A stretch of DNA of 63,615 nucleotides, filler included, from Licmophora abbreviata (lineage: Eukaryota), in NCBI GenBank assembly GCA_900291995.1. It is 11 parts of 11 records of this genome, joined end to end, with 100 filler letters (N's around TTAATTAATTAA, not from the genome) between each part and the next. Parts side by side here need not be neighbours in the genome. Positions count along the whole stretch, not along the records: positions 38,225 to 51,786 come from OLMU01001225.1; positions 51,887 to 59,703 come from OLMU01001226.1; positions 59,804 to 62,449 come from OLMU01001230.1; 8 more parts are not named here. The stretch is one strand, 5' to 3'. How positions within the stretch are numbered: the stretch's first letter is position 1; each line of letters begins with the position of its first letter. Positions 48,147 to 61,696 of this stretch are shown piece by piece. A program made the position numbers and the translations under genes. The notes below the pieces were generated by a model that was given only the letters and a program-made list of their open reading frames with translations, searched no databases and was not told where the DNA came from.

Positions 48147-49057
48147 CTACTCCAGTGAAAGTTTCTTTGTGGCAGCTTGCAGTTGTTGTTCACCCATAGC
48201 TGCAGCCTTCTTGGCCTTTTGTTTCGCTCGTTTCTTGGCGTTCTTCTGTCGTCGCTTTTCGATCTCTTCCGGTGTCAATTCTGCCGCTGGCCTTTCCGTC
48301 TCATTTTTCACTTCTTCCTTCGACGTGTTGCTGTTCAGTGCTCTACTTTGACTTTTGTTTCGTGTTCGTCGACGAGTCGCGATACTCCTAGTACCATTCA
48401 ACGATGCCTTCTGTTTCGCTTGCTCGGACGCCACTCGGTGTGCCTCCTCCGCTCGTTCCAAGGATGCTGCAATATCACCCCCAAACAGTCTTCTAAAGTG
48501 CTTGTCATTGTACGCCACGCTCTGCTCGGCGTAGGCTCGCCGCACTCGGTCGGATGCGTGGATGCCCCCCGTCGTGAGTTCGTCCGACGCCATGAAGGAC
48601 TGAATACCGGTAAGTATCGTCCCGACCGACCACATGGGATTCCAAGACTCGGGATGAAAGTCTGACCTATCATCATTACACAAGTAAAACTTGAGAGTGT
48701 GAGTGATGTATGTATACTATGCAACACCACAGGAGAGGTCAACGAAATGTGCGGCTGGTATTCGTATAGTACGTAATGAACTCACATGGACATGCAAATT
48801 TTCTTGCTACATTCAAAGCGCCCGGAGGGTGTCAGCATGTACACCGCCGGCGGCTTCATCGGGTACTCGGGTGGAAACTTGAGGCGGCCCACGTAGACTC
48901 CGGCTTGGTAGACCGTGTCGGGAGGACCGCGGAGGGCATAGTGCACAACGAGGATGTCGCTCTCCTTCGGCTCGGCAATGATTCCAGAGGGAGGGGGGTC
49001 CTTCTGCAGATTGATGAATTCCTTGCGCAGACGAGCTGTGGCGATCTTGGAAGCCAT
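48147..49057 (-). CDS. Ubiquitin-conjugating enzyme, Ubc6/UBE2J family; intron 48667-48785
   Basis: RLRKEF, FPPEYPMKPP, TPSGRF...ICMSMSDFHPESWNPMWSV with the catalytic Cys. Confidence 0.9.
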
Positions 49058-49339
49058 ACTGCAGCTGTGTGTAGGAGATGGGTGATGGCGAGTGAGATGA
49101 CAGAGAGTGAGATGAAGACCGGCATCAATGATGCGATTTGGCGAGTTTTTTGGAAAAAATTAAAAAATGGGAAAAGAGATCGCGCCGGCGACGACGATGA
49201 TGGCAACGACGGCTCATCTGTCCTCTCTCTCTCTCTCACACACCTATGTATATTCAACCTCAATTTTCCTCTCGCAGTTTCAGTCCCTCCTCCTCTGCCA
49301 CAGTCATGCGCGGGGAAACCAAGTGATGATACTGAAAAT

Positions 49340-50239
49340 ATGCCATCATCATCATCCATGATCCAAATTTCCAGTCTCCATCGCTATGCCGTCAAGGGAC
49401 TCGGAGGAGATACTCTGGAGCAAGTTTGTATCGGCCAAGCCGGTGAAACTTTCCCCGACGACCGACGGTATGCCTTGCTGTGGAAAACAAAAAAGTGGAA
49501 TTCAGAGGAGAAACCCGAGTGGCGACACAAGGAGAACTTTTTGTGTGCCTTTACAGATCCCAGATTGATGAATACCTACGAGTCATCCTATGATATCATT
49601 CAGCCTGGAGAAAAGAACGAAATGTCCTCGTATGGAACTCCATGCGACACGTTTTCTAGCAGTGGAGAATCAGCACGACTTTTGACTCTTCGGGAGCGTG
49701 AGACCCAACGAGTCGTACTGGAACGGGCGAACTTGGCGACGACTGCTGGCAGGGAGCAGCTGGCTCACTATTTCAGTGAGGTATCTGGAGAAAGCGTGCT
49801 TTGCGTCACTTCCTCGTCAAGTAGTAAACACATGCATCAGTTTGGTAATACTTCGTCGGGAGTGAAGTCACGAGGCGACACACGGACAGTGCACATTGTG
49901 AACGCAGCAACTGTGCGAGACTTGTCCGAGACTTTGGGCGTACCGTTGAATCCAACACGATTTCGACCCAACATTGTCATCGACGGCCTGGAGGCATGGA
50001 GTGAGTTCGAGTGGATAGGCAAGCAAATACAATGTGGTCAAACCAAAATGTCGGTCATCAGTCGGACAGTTCGTTGCAATGGAGTGAGCATTGATCCTTT
50101 GGACCCAGACAGAGTCTTGGATATCCCGAAACTTCTGGCGAAGAATTATCCCCAGTATGGACCTTACCTGGGGGTTTACGCTATGCTAGATACCAGTGGG
50201 ATTATGGCCGTTGGAGATGGTGTGACATGTCTGAACTAG
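49340..50239 (+). CDS. MOSC-domain protein (mARC/YcbX-like)
   Basis: LHRYAVKG, DRRYAL, RFRPNIVIDG..AWSE and RTVRC with the conserved Cys. Confidence 0.85.
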   Translation: MPSSSSMIQISSLHRYAVKGLGGDTLEQVCIGQAGETFPDDRRYALLWKTKKWNSEEKPEWRHKENFLCAFTDPRLMNTYESSYDIIQPGEKNEMSSYGTPCDTFSSSGESARLLTLRERETQRVVLERANLATTAGREQLAHYFSEVSGESVLCVTSSSSSKHMHQFGNTSSGVKSRGDTRTVHIVNAATVRDLSETLGVPLNPTRFRPNIVIDGLEAWSEFEWIGKQIQCGQTKMSVISRTVRCNGVSIDPLDPDRVLDIPKLLAKNYPQYGPYLGVYAMLDTSGIMAVGDGVTCLN

Positions 50240-50503
50240 CATATTCGATGTGTACGGACTAGACTTTATACTTGCGGACGTCGAAACGATTCGATAAAGA
50301 GCTTCCGCACGAGCTCTCTTACTAGAGGCTCGACCTCTAGAGAGTGTACACACGAATAGCGGTAGAAGTCCCTGGACGAGAATGCCTGACTTGTCACATT
50401 GGAGGAGCGAGTGATATCATGACTACTCTTGCAGACAATGACTGTACTACTTCTTAGTTTGGTCGGTAATATCAAAACTGGTGTTATTTTTTATATCAGT
50501 TGT

Positions 50504-50983
50504 CTAGAATAGATACATGGTATCGACTAGTAAACTGCTCTCTGTTGACTCCTGGTTCAGCACGGACGACAGTTTCCTCATCCAACTAGATAGGGTAGAG
50601 TAGGATGACGATTGCGCCTTCTTGTGCGCCAGGCGCTGCCGGACGATAGTGCGATACTCGCTCCTGAAGTTTCGAATGTCGGCTCCAGAGTAGAACAAAG
50701 TTGCCTTCTCTGAGGCCTTTGTGTACGGACGCACCCATTCGTCGGTGACCAGGTTCTCCGCAAAGGAGACACGGCGAGGCAATGATGAAGTCTGGTCGTT
50801 GTTTTCGTGTGCGGCGTGTTGAGGAGCATGGACAGGGTCGGAAGATAGGGTCACATCACGTAGAATGATGAACTGACCCTCCACAACGCGCTCAACTGTA
50901 CGCGGTGACTCTTCAATCTTGATCTCTGAGATCATGGGAGACGGCAAGGAAAGGACAGGATGAAGCTGATGGCTGGCAGTCAT
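50504..50983 (-). CDS. Hypothetical protein with RVxF motif
   Basis: ORF containing RRVSFAENLV...RP.T..EK..LFYS..DI..FR. Start uncertain. Confidence 0.5.
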   Translation of the reverse strand: MTASHQLHPVLSLPSPMISEIKIEESPRTVERVVEGQFIILRDVTLSSDPVHAPQHAAHENNDQTSSLPRRVSFAENLVTDEWVRPYTKASEKATLFYSGADIRNFRSEYRTIVRQRLAHKKAQSSSYSTLSSWMRKLSSVLNQESTESSLLVDTMYLF

Positions 50984-51965
50984 GGCAAGATGTACGAAAG
51001 ACAACGGATGAGATGAATGTGTAATTGTGAGATCAAAACAACAAAGCTCGGGGTCTTTTTACGCGACAACCACCTTGGTAGGGCCCAACTATACTGAAGC
51101 ACACAGTAGAATTCTACATGGTCATGTGACCGATTCCCGTAGTCACAATTGGCTGTGACTTCCATAAATACGATTCCATAATAGACATAAATTGATAAGT
51201 ATGGGACATTTTACGACAAAAGAACGACAGAAAAAGGAAGTCATGACATCCACAATTGGTGTATCATGACATTTCACGATCAATTGTGACAGATGACCAC
51301 AGAAGAAGCAATAGAATCGACTCACTCGACTAAATCTCTAAACTTCAGTACAATTTCTACGTTCAAAGAGCCGTAGAAATCTCATGGTCAAAACGACGGG
51401 CGGCCGAGTTTCGAACTCCCGACAACCGGAAAATGGGCGAGCGAGGATCTGTGGGGCGCGGGACAACGAGCGACCATGAGGGCCGATCGCAGAATCTCAC
51501 GTACTCCGTGGTACAGTTTCCACGGCGAGGATTCGGCTCCCCGGCATCAGGCATTATCAGCAGCGAATGATTGTGAACTCGTTCCTCTTCCGATCGTGTC
51601 CTTCTTGCCTGTGTTTTGCGACACGGAATACTGCGGTTAGGCGGACTAAAAGGTACGGTCGGTCGGTGATGGCGACGATGATGCGTATGATATGGGTTGG
51701 TGATAGTTCTAAGAGAAAGACATGGCGGGGAGTGGGGGCTGTCAAGTGTTACTGTGCCGGTGGGGCGGCTGCAGGAACAGAAACTCNNNNNNNNNNNNNN
51801 NNNNNNNNNNNNNNNNNNNNNNNNNNNNNNTTAATTAATTAANNNNNNNNNNNNNNNNNNNNNNNNNNNNNNNNNNNNNNNNNNNNCTTGTTTACACGCC
51901 CTATTTTTTCAGCAGGTACTGTCTGCTCTGTCATACACAAGCACCTGCAAACCTGCAAAGACAGG

Positions 51966-54900
51966 ATGGACCAGCCTCCGACGGACCCAGACCCAGCTAA
52001 TGACACCGGGAAGCCTCCCGCCTCCTCTTCCACATCGCCCCTGGCGCATACTCATGCTAATCCACCTCTCGTGATGGGTGCTGTTCCTCGAAAGAAACAT
52101 CTAAACTCTTCTCGTCCGTCTTTGATAAATAAGACACCCGGTGGAATCCCCCCTACGGCCGGCCATCCAACTCCTGCCGCTGCTTCGTCACACCTGAGTC
52201 GCCCCATCCCACGCATGCCTTCTCGTGAGGCTCCAAGACCGGCCGCTGCTACGCTACCCGTGTCATCTTCGGCTCCCATCCCGCGCAAACGACGGGCAAT
52301 GCCTTTGCCGACTTCCACCAAGAGCGCGAGGCCATCACTTCCGAAGCGAAGACAATCGCGGATAACCGTCAAGAGTGAGGAGCCCTTTGTCATTAGCATA
52401 AAAAAGACGGCAAATATTCCCATCAGCAATGGCGGTATTCCTCTAGCGCGATCTTCGGGACGCATGCCCAAACGCAAGCGGCCCAGCTATGAGGAATTGC
52501 GCGACACTGACTCGGACGATGTTCTGACCGAGAGTGATAGCGACGATGCGTCATTTGCCAAGAAGGGGCGTGTTCAGAAGACGAAGCGTCGATCGCCCGC
52601 TGACAGCATGGTGTCATCATCAGGCTTAGAAGTCCAGGATGTAATGCTCACTGACGCCGTGATTGCCGAGGCAGGAATCGACTCTCCACCGCCCGGAACG
52701 CTGTCGACTCTGTGGTACTCTCGAGAAGTATTCTTGAACTTGTTTGTCATCGAGAAGATTATTGGCTGGAGGACCCGACCAATTACCTTCCTTGAGTGGG
52801 CAAATGTTGATGACACCAAAGCTCTGGATGCCGTAGAAGCAGCAAGCGTTTCTGCCAAGCTCCTGACACAGGACGAAATATGGACCAACCAAGAGAAGAG
52901 AATGGAAACATCGCGCATCAATGCTTCGCAGTGTCCGATCGTCATGGCTGTCATGGCTGTGAAGGAGTCGGAAACTGCGAAAGCCCGTCACAGCGAGTCT
53001 CGATATAGCTTAGCTCCACGAAAGGAGGATCAACGCGAGGAGGTGCTTTTGGTCAAGTGGCGCGGTCGCTCGCATTTGCACTGTTCCTGGGAGCGCGCAA
53101 AGGATCTGGAAAAGTTTGATCCAACCAATACAGCAAAAAATAAGATGCGTCGCTACTTTCAAGGCCAGGAACTCTTACTTGGTTCGAATTGGAGACAGCT
53201 CATCGAAGAAGAGCGAGCCGGAGGCTCTACCGACGGACCCGGGAATGCAGAGGAGGCAGAGCAGCAGGCGATCGACGAAGACGATTTGTTTCCACCACAG
53301 AATCTCGAAGTAGAGCGTATTCTCGCTTGCGATGAAAACGAAATGAACATGACCGTGCTAGCAAAGCAACGTGCACTCAATTTACGAGCCCAACAGGACG
53401 CAGATAGAAAGCACGACGATGCCGAGGCGAAGGCCAAAACCAGCGGACTCGGGGCGGATGCAGCTCACGTTCATGTCAAGCCACCAGGAGTGCTGGAGAA
53501 CCTGCCCGCGATCATGGATGGCGAGCAGCCGTGGGATCCGGAAGACAACGTTCGTTACGTCGTCAAGTGGAAAGGACTGCAGTTTTCAGAGATCACGTGG
53601 GAGTACTGGCGTGACATCAAGCGCGATGCGGTCGATGCGGCAGAAGACTTTTGGTTTCGACAGAAGACTCCAACCCCTGCCGAGGTCAATCAAATCTTGA
53701 GTCGTCCTCACCCACATATTCGAGACTTTCGAAAACTGGCGGCATCCCCAGAATTCGCGATATCTTCGCGTCTTCGTCCCGTCGCCGATCTGGGCGACGG
53801 ATTTACCGACGAGTCGAAAGATGACGAAGAGAACGGGAAAGCTTTCAAGCTCCGCGGCTACCAGCTCGAGGGTGTGAATTGGCTTCTTTTCAACTGGTTC
53901 AATAAAAGATCATGCATACTTGCGGATGAAATGGTGAGTGTCGCATCTCAACATTTCGTTTTTGGCGACGATTCTTCTCATTCTCCATTCGATTGCCACA
54001 GGGACTGGGTAAAACGATCCAAACAGTGTGCTTTCTTCATCAGCTGCACGAGCTGCCTGCGACGCAGGTTCGTGGTCCATTTCTGGTTGTAGCTCCTTTA
54101 ACATTGATTGGCCAATGGCAGTCGGAGAGCCAGACGTGGTGCCCTGATCTCAACGTGATCTTTTATCATGGATCGGCGGACGCGCGTGACTTCCTGGTGC
54201 AACAAGAGTTTTATTATACAGATCAGTTTACTCCGAAATCTCATGCAATGAAACTTAGGAAACAGCACATCACCAAGTTTCATATTTTGATCACAACCTA
54301 CGAAGTCGTGCTGAAGGACATTGACGTTCTCTCAAAGATTCGATGGAGGGCTCTCGTGGTGGACGAGGCGCATCGTCTAAAGAACCAAAAAGCACGCCTG
54401 TTCGAGGAGCTTGCGAGGGTTCCACGCGAGTTTTGTTTGCTTCTGACCGGCACACCGCTTCAGAATTCGACTGAGGAACTCTGGGCTCTTCTACATTTCG
54501 CAGAACCCAAAGCCTTTGCTTCAAAGGATGACTTTGTTGACAAGTTCGGCGCGCTGAAAGATGCGAAACAAGTTAGCGAGCTACATACCATGCTCAAGCC
54601 ATACCTGTTGCGCCGTGTGAAGGTTAGTTACGCGATATGGCTGTCGATGCGATGACCGCCAGCGTCGCAATTCACTCACATGATATCGTGCCGTGCCTTC
54701 ACATCTGCAGGAGGATGTGGAGAAATCGCTTCCACCGAAGGAGGAGACTATCCTCGAGGTCAGCCTGACGCCCATTCAAAAGAAATATTACAAAGCAATT
54801 TACGAACGAAACACAGCGTTCTTGTTCAAGGGGGCGAAGCCGAGCAACTCCCCGAGCTTAATGAATGTGATGATGGAGCTACGAAAGTGCTGCAATCACC

Positions 54901-57900
54901 CATTTTTGATTCGCGGCGCGGAAGAGCGTATCCTCAACGAGGCTGCAGCTGGTGTACAAGACCATAAAGACGACGAAGCGTCGGTCGACTATCTGAGGCT
55001 CTTTGGGGACCAGCTTGTCAAGTCGTCGGGCAAGATGGTGCTGCTAGAAAAGCTGCTGCCCAAGTTGTACGCTGGTGGCCACAAAGTGCTAATATTCAGC
55101 CAAATGGTGAAGGCGCTGGATCTACTCGAAGAACTGCTGAAAATTAAGAAGTACCGATATGAGCGTTTGGATGGAGGGACGACAGCATCCGCTCGTACTG
55201 CCGCTGTCCACCGTTTTCACCGGAAGTCTTGTCAGCGCTTTGTCATGTTGCTATCTACGAGAGCAGGAGGCCTTGGTCTGAATCTCACAGCTGCCGACGT
55301 GGTGATTATCTTTGATAGCGACTGGAACCCACAAAACGATCTTCAGGCAATGGCTCGAGCTCATCGTATTGGGCAGGTATGTTGTATGAACCAGGAGTTG
55401 CAAGTTGCCTGCTAGCCTCGTTCCTTAGCTTACGCACCCGACCGACATCGCGCCCCCACAGACTCGAGCTGTTAGTGTTTACCGACTTCTGACGGCCAAA
55501 ACGTACGAAGCTCACATGTTACACAGTGCGTCGATGAAGTTGGGCCTAGATAGGGCAGTTCTTGCTCACCAACGACAGCAGGGTGGCGAATCTGGAGACG
55601 AGAAAAAGTCCAAATCCAAAAGCGAGCGAGAGGTGCAGGCAAAAGAAATCGACCAGCTCCTTAAGAAGGGTGCATATGACATCTTTCGAGACGAGGACGA
55701 TGCTGAAGCAAAGAAATTTATGGAAACCGACATCGATCAGCTCCTTGAACGTAGCTCGAAGAAAGTTTCCTACGGAAACGCGAATGCTTCGTCAATAAGC
55801 AGTGGGCTGGGCAGCTTTAGTAAAGCGAGCTTCGTTGCAGATACGGGCGACGGAGGGAAAGACGTAGATCTGGACGATCCTGACTTTTGGGAAAAGGCTG
55901 TGGGGCTGGAAGCACCGGAAGAGACACCCGAAGAGATTGCTCAGATGATTGATGACGGGGTTAAGCGAAGTCGAAAGCAAGTACAACAGTTTGATCCGTA
56001 CGCTGCATTTGCGGAAGCGGAACAGAAAAAAATTGACAAGATCGCCCAAAAAGCCAAGGACGAGAAAGAGGAGAAGCAGCGTCTTCGCCTGCTTAAGAAG
56101 CAAGAGCGTCACAATGAGAAAGAACGAAAGAAACGAGAAAAAGAAGAGGCGCGAGGTCGACTCTTTGCCAGCAAAAGAGCTGCTGCTGTCCAAAAGGCAG
56201 ACAAAGAAGTTAAGACGGTTAAGACGAAGGCTCGCGAAGCAAAGATGAGTAAAAAGCTGAAGAAATCCGAGAGGCAGCGAGCACTGAAACGTGCCGAGAA
56301 TGAAGACCCAGTCCTTGAGCGCTTGAAACAGGCGTGGGAAGTCCCACAGAGAAATCGCTTGACCAGCGCGGCGCTTCGATTCGGATTTGGTCGATTCTGT
56401 AAGATTCGTGCCGAGTCGAGCGTTACAAGTGTTCCAATACAGGACCTCGAAGTGTTTACTCGCCAATGTAAGCAACCGTGTCGTCGTCTGTACAGTATGA
56501 GCTCCATGTCCACACGCACTCACTCGCTTCTCACATGCATATATGCAGATGTGTACCAGTTATCTCTTCAAGTCGCTGTTACTTTGCTTGCCATGCTGAA
56601 AGCGAAATTGCTTTCAAATGAAGGAAGCGGAGAAATGCATAATCTTCCCGGTCTCCTTCAACAGTGGCTTGGTTTGACTTGCCCGCTGGAGATTGACTGG
56701 ATCTGTTCGTCAATAGGCTCGGCTATGAAAATGCAGATCGAGGTCGAGAATCATCGTCGCTTTCTCAGGATGCCGATTATTCTCGCCGAGCCTGTGTACG
56801 TAACTGAACTCAGGCAAGGCGCCGCGTTACGCGCGCTGAGGCGCATCAGTGTTCTAAGCCGTCTGAATAGGATCGTGGGGAATACGATCGACACAATATC
56901 TGCAGGTGAGCTGGCGACGTCGGATGCACACGTCACCATCGAGTGAAAGCAGCTTACCAGTCCCTTGTCACTTTCTATAGGGTTGGGATCCGAAGAGCTT
57001 GGAAAACGCGGCTGCCCGTCCAAGGATATCTCTACTCTTGATGTTGATCTCAAGGCTCGCCACTTGACAACGGAGGAACTGACTCTCGCTCTTGGACTTA
57101 ATTTACAGAACGACGATTGGTTTTGTCGTCAGCCGACTACATGGTGGGATCGGTCGTGCGACATTGCGCTAGTCTTAGGCTCGTTTGTTCACGGATTCGG
57201 CAACTACAATGCGATGTTCAAAGATGGAGACCTTCCCTTTGCGGATAAGATAAGGTTGCAGGTGGAGGCCGACAGTAGCTGCTCAAGCGCGTTCCTGTCG
57301 TTTCATACTGCCACGCGAACTGCCAGAAAAGAGTGCGACTCTGCTCTGGAATCTGCAAAATCCAAGATGGCAGAAGAAGCCCACATGATGGTGGCTGCTG
57401 TTGTCAAAGCCAGGAAAGAGGCCGAGAAAGAAGGTTTGTCGGCGTCTAGCGTTATCCCCTCGGATATCACTCTTGATGATGTCATGGAGGTCGACGACTC
57501 ACATCTTGTGACGCTTCCGAGGCTTGCTCGGGAAATGTCGTTGTCTATTCGGGCTGGTACCGAAGGGACGCCTACGGCGCTGCCGACGAAAAATGACGAA
57601 GCGGCACTCACGGCGAAGGCAGAGACATCAGACGACAAAGACGACGATGAGAATGCAGATATTCAAGATGAGCAGGTAACACTTTCGCCGCATCAGCGTC
57701 TGCCCATGCCTGACGCGCGTATCCTCGACCGCCACCTTGTCCATCTTCTGAGTATGATGGAAAGAAAAACATACAATGAAGCATCAGTCCTCCACCTCGA
57801 ACATGGATCGTCCAACGACTGGGAAGCAACCGAGGGTGTCCTGGCCCATGAAGCCATTCGGTCGCAAGCCCTAACGCGAGTAATGAGACTCTCCGAAGCA

Positions 57901-59375
57901 GAATTGCAAATGGAACGCCAAGAATTTTCAGGCATTGGGTTCTGTGGCAGTCAGTGTGGAACGATACATCGGACTCTCAGTGACGCCAGTGAATATTGCA
58001 TTGGCTCTGCCTCCCGCCAGCTGTCACACGTGGCACACGGCACTGATGCACCGCGATACCTCCGAGGCATTGGTGTGCCGATGAACTTCACCCGATATGC
58101 CATTGTGGCGCTTGTGAATGCCGAAGAAGCTACGCTTGATCAATTGCTTGCGGACGAGAAGGCTCGCCGCAAACAAGCAGAGGACAAAAAGGCAGACTTT
58201 GAAGCCATCAGTGAGGCGGAGAACGATGAAACGAAAATGATCAAACAGAAGGAAGAGGGTACTGACGCGACCACCGAAGAAAAGAGGGAAGTGCCGGTAG
58301 AAACGCAAGTCGCGGGTCTACCGCCAAAATTGGAATCGAAGGAAGATGAAGTTTCGACTACCCAAATGGCAGCCGATGTTAAATTTCAAACTGTGTGTCC
58401 TCCTGACACCATCCCTGCGGTCTTACCTGAGATTCGTGACGACAGCAGCCTGCGTGCTGGAATCTGTGCTACGACTCTGCATTTTGGATTCACGACCTGT
58501 CCAGAGCCGGGAGATTCATTGAGATCTGTTCACCCCTCCATTCTGGCAGCCCTGCGACCTCACTCTCCCCACACTCCCGCAGCCTCTTTGTTCAGCGTAA
58601 ACTCATTTGCGTCGGAAGCCACCAAGTTTGTGAATGGCAACACCACAGTGAATGATCAAAATATCTCCAAGTACGTTGCATCAGTCTTGTTACCTCACTG
58701 CCTCCGACTATGCATCAACGGCAACGGCCCGACAACGCGCAATGCCCGCGCCAGCCGCGGACGTTTCGAAACTGCTTTGGGTTACAGCCTCTACGCAGAA
58801 TACACATTCAACAAGCAAACCCCCCTGCCGGACCCTTGCTGTGACCTGCCCGAGCACTCGGTCGAAGCCGTGACATGTGCCATGGCAATTCTCCGTCGCG
58901 TCCGCCTCTTACGTGCCGCCCAATACTTGGTAACGGCGCAAGACGCCGCTGTGCTTGAACTCTTGCGGTCATTGGAAGACTCAAACAACGACGACGACAA
59001 CAAGGGCGATCTTCCTCTTTGGTGGTGCCCGGGGATTCACGATTTGGCCTTGCTTGTATCGGCTGCCACCCACGGACTCTGCGGTATGTGGAACCAACAA
59101 CAACCAACAGTCTTTTCTCGTGAGGCCATTGAGCAATATTTGTACAAGAAACTATCGGAACACAACAATGATACTATGAACCCCACTTCTATTATTGGTC
59201 GCCAGAAATAACCGAATGGGTGCAACAGCAATCGCAACAAGTGCCAACCTTTCGCGCCCTGGAACGACGGTTGGCCTACATTTGTTCGCTGGGTACGGCA
59301 CATTTGACGAGCGACTCCGCGACGCGGTACGACCACTTGCCCATGTTTGATCATGGCGGGTGGCCTAGAAATTAG
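51966..59375 (+). CDS. CHD-family chromodomain SNF2 ATPase (CHD6-9/Kismet-like); 5 introns; apparent frameshift at about 59181
   Basis: Two chromodomains ([29 protein letters not shown]). ATPase motifs [67 protein letters not shown]. Also [17 protein letters not shown] and WW...D..L blocks. A -1 frame extends the C-terminus to ..[12 protein letters not shown]. Confidence 0.9.
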
Positions 59376-59839
59376 GTAATAATCTGCTGAGAGGGGCGGA
59401 GGCTATCATGCGTTTGCTAGGATTTCCATATTGTTGATACCAATAGGAGTGTATCTGCAGGAAGCTTTGGCTGCAACTAGACCTTTCCTAGAGCACATCA
59501 TCCATTGCACTCTTCTGTCAGAGCTCAATCTGTTTCTTGGTTACCTGTATGGGGCATGTCGTCCGATAGCCGAACCGAAACTACCCGACTTCAGTGCGCG
59601 CGGTTGCGCTGAGTTCCGAGATTGTCGTACCTTTGCGAAGGCATTATAGTATCCGATATATAAGAAAATGGCTATTGTGAATAGGAAGCGATGATGATAA
59701 GCANNNNNNNNNNNNNNNNNNNNNNNNNNNNNNNNNNNNNNNNNNNNTTAATTAATTAANNNNNNNNNNNNNNNNNNNNNNNNNNNNNNNNNNNNNNNNN
59801 NNNGCTAGGACAGCAGCATTCTTCACCTGCGTACTCAGG

Positions 59840-61083
59840 ATGAATTCGAAAGATCATGACCAGGTATCGCATGAGGCAGGACACCAAGGCGTGGTCGACG
59901 AATCGAATGTCGCTCGCGAGGCAGGAACTCCAACAAAACGCCGCAGAGACGAGATAGATGCACCGCATCCTCCGAGTGCGGATGCGAGCCTAGAGAAGAA
60001 ACCGAAGGCAAAAGAATCGCCTAGACCACAGCGCTCGTCGGGCCAGCCCAACGAACATGTCATCAATATCGACGACTTATCTCTGGCAGTGCCTCATATC
60101 GACCCATTTCCGCTTCCTGAGTCGACAAGTCTCGATACAGTACTGTTTGGCGCCCAGGGCGACTCTATGCCCACTCCGCTACAGTACCCCAACGAGGATG
60201 CAGCGAGTGAGATACTTCCGTCGTATATGGAAGACCCCTCTTCGTTATTTTCCTTCATGCCTGTCGATTCAAATGCTTCTCTTGAACACTGCGACACAAG
60301 CCTCCTAGAATCGAACGTCGCTCGCCTTCCTTCTTCTAGGCCCCCTTCTCCAAGTATTGATAATGCCCTTGGGATTCGCTTGTTTCCCACGCGGGAAGAG
60401 ATCGAACAAGCCCGCTCAACGCGAGCTGGAGAAGCCCTCAATACATTTTACAAGCGTCTGAGAGAACTCTACAATTACAAGAAGGAACATGGACATTGCA
60501 ACGTGCCTCAGAAGCAAAATGAGCTCGGAAGATGGGTCAACAATCAGCGTAGGCAAAAGAAGTTACTGGACGAGAACGACAAGGCATCTTCCATGACACC
60601 AGGTCGCCTGGATGCATTGACTCGTATCAGCTTTACATGGGCTGTACCCAAGGGCGATGAGAGCTGGGAAAATCGCTTTCAGGAGCTTCAAGCATACAAG
60701 CGTCATCATGGAAACGGTACGTATGTTCCGCACTCTCGCTCATGGCACTGTAAGTACACCAGCGTCTTTCTCTCTAACGGAGCTCGTCTCATCCATTGTC
60801 ACAGTCGACGTACCGACCAAGTACACGTCGAATAGAGCCCTGGGGCGCTGGCAAGTATCTTTCCATTGAGCCTTCGCTTGTTTGAAATGTCTTTCACCGC
60901 TTTCTCTCATGCCTATGTGTATCATAAATAATAACTCGTTCTTTCTGATCACACAGGGTCAGCACTCAGCGAGCAGAGTACAAGAAGTTCCACTCGGCCG
61001 GTGGCGAGCAATCAAGCTTGACGAAGGAAAAGATTCAAAAGCTCCAAAGAATGGGTTTCAAGTGGGACATGGCGAATCATTGA
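59840..61083 (+). CDS. Helicase-associated (HA) domain protein with two HA domains; introns 60717-60804 and 60851-60956 (GC-AG)
   Basis: YKKEHGHCNVP..LGRWVNNQR..RLDAL..ISFTW and WENRFQELQAYKRHHG.VDVP..LGRWVSTQR..KIQKLQRMGFKW. Confidence 0.85.
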
Positions 61084-61696
61084 GATAGTGACGAGGATGC
61101 GGCGAGAACTATACTTTAGATCCTCATCATTGCATCCACACCAGAGTGTGTTCATCAGGTTTACATCACGCACATCATCACTGATCGACACATCGTCGCG
61201 GTCTCGCCGCGACGACTCTCGGAACGCGGCCGCGCGGTCAACTCGATCGCTATCACACGGCTCATGATGAGGAGAGTTGTGCAGGAGATATTTTAGACTT
61301 GCGGATGATAAAGTCTTGTGTGCCAATCGACTGACGGCCCAAAGATGAGTATGCATGCGAACAATGTGGCCAAAGCTGGTTTAGATGAGTCGAAAATCAG
61401 TCCAGAGGTATACAGCGACTGTGAACACCGGATTCAAACATTAACCTTGCATACTGAAAGACCACAGACCTACCACTCCGAGCAGACGAGGCATTTTGAC
61501 ACGCATATAGTTCACTAGTGTTACAGAAGTAGAGGGAATACTGGAGCGTGGATTACGCTTCGAAAATGAAGCAAGAAGATTGAAGATACTGATCTCGCCC
61601 TCCAGATGGATCCTAGGTGCCAAGACAATCTTGTAAATTTCTACCCATAGACCCAACCTCTGGCTGCTTGTTGCTGTTTGTGCTGTCCCCCAATCC

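Noticed and set aside
48776..49339. Long N-terminal extension of the MOSC ORF overlapping the E2 gene
   Set aside because: It is the antisense shadow of the E2 exon plus intergenic sequence; MOSC homology starts near 49340.
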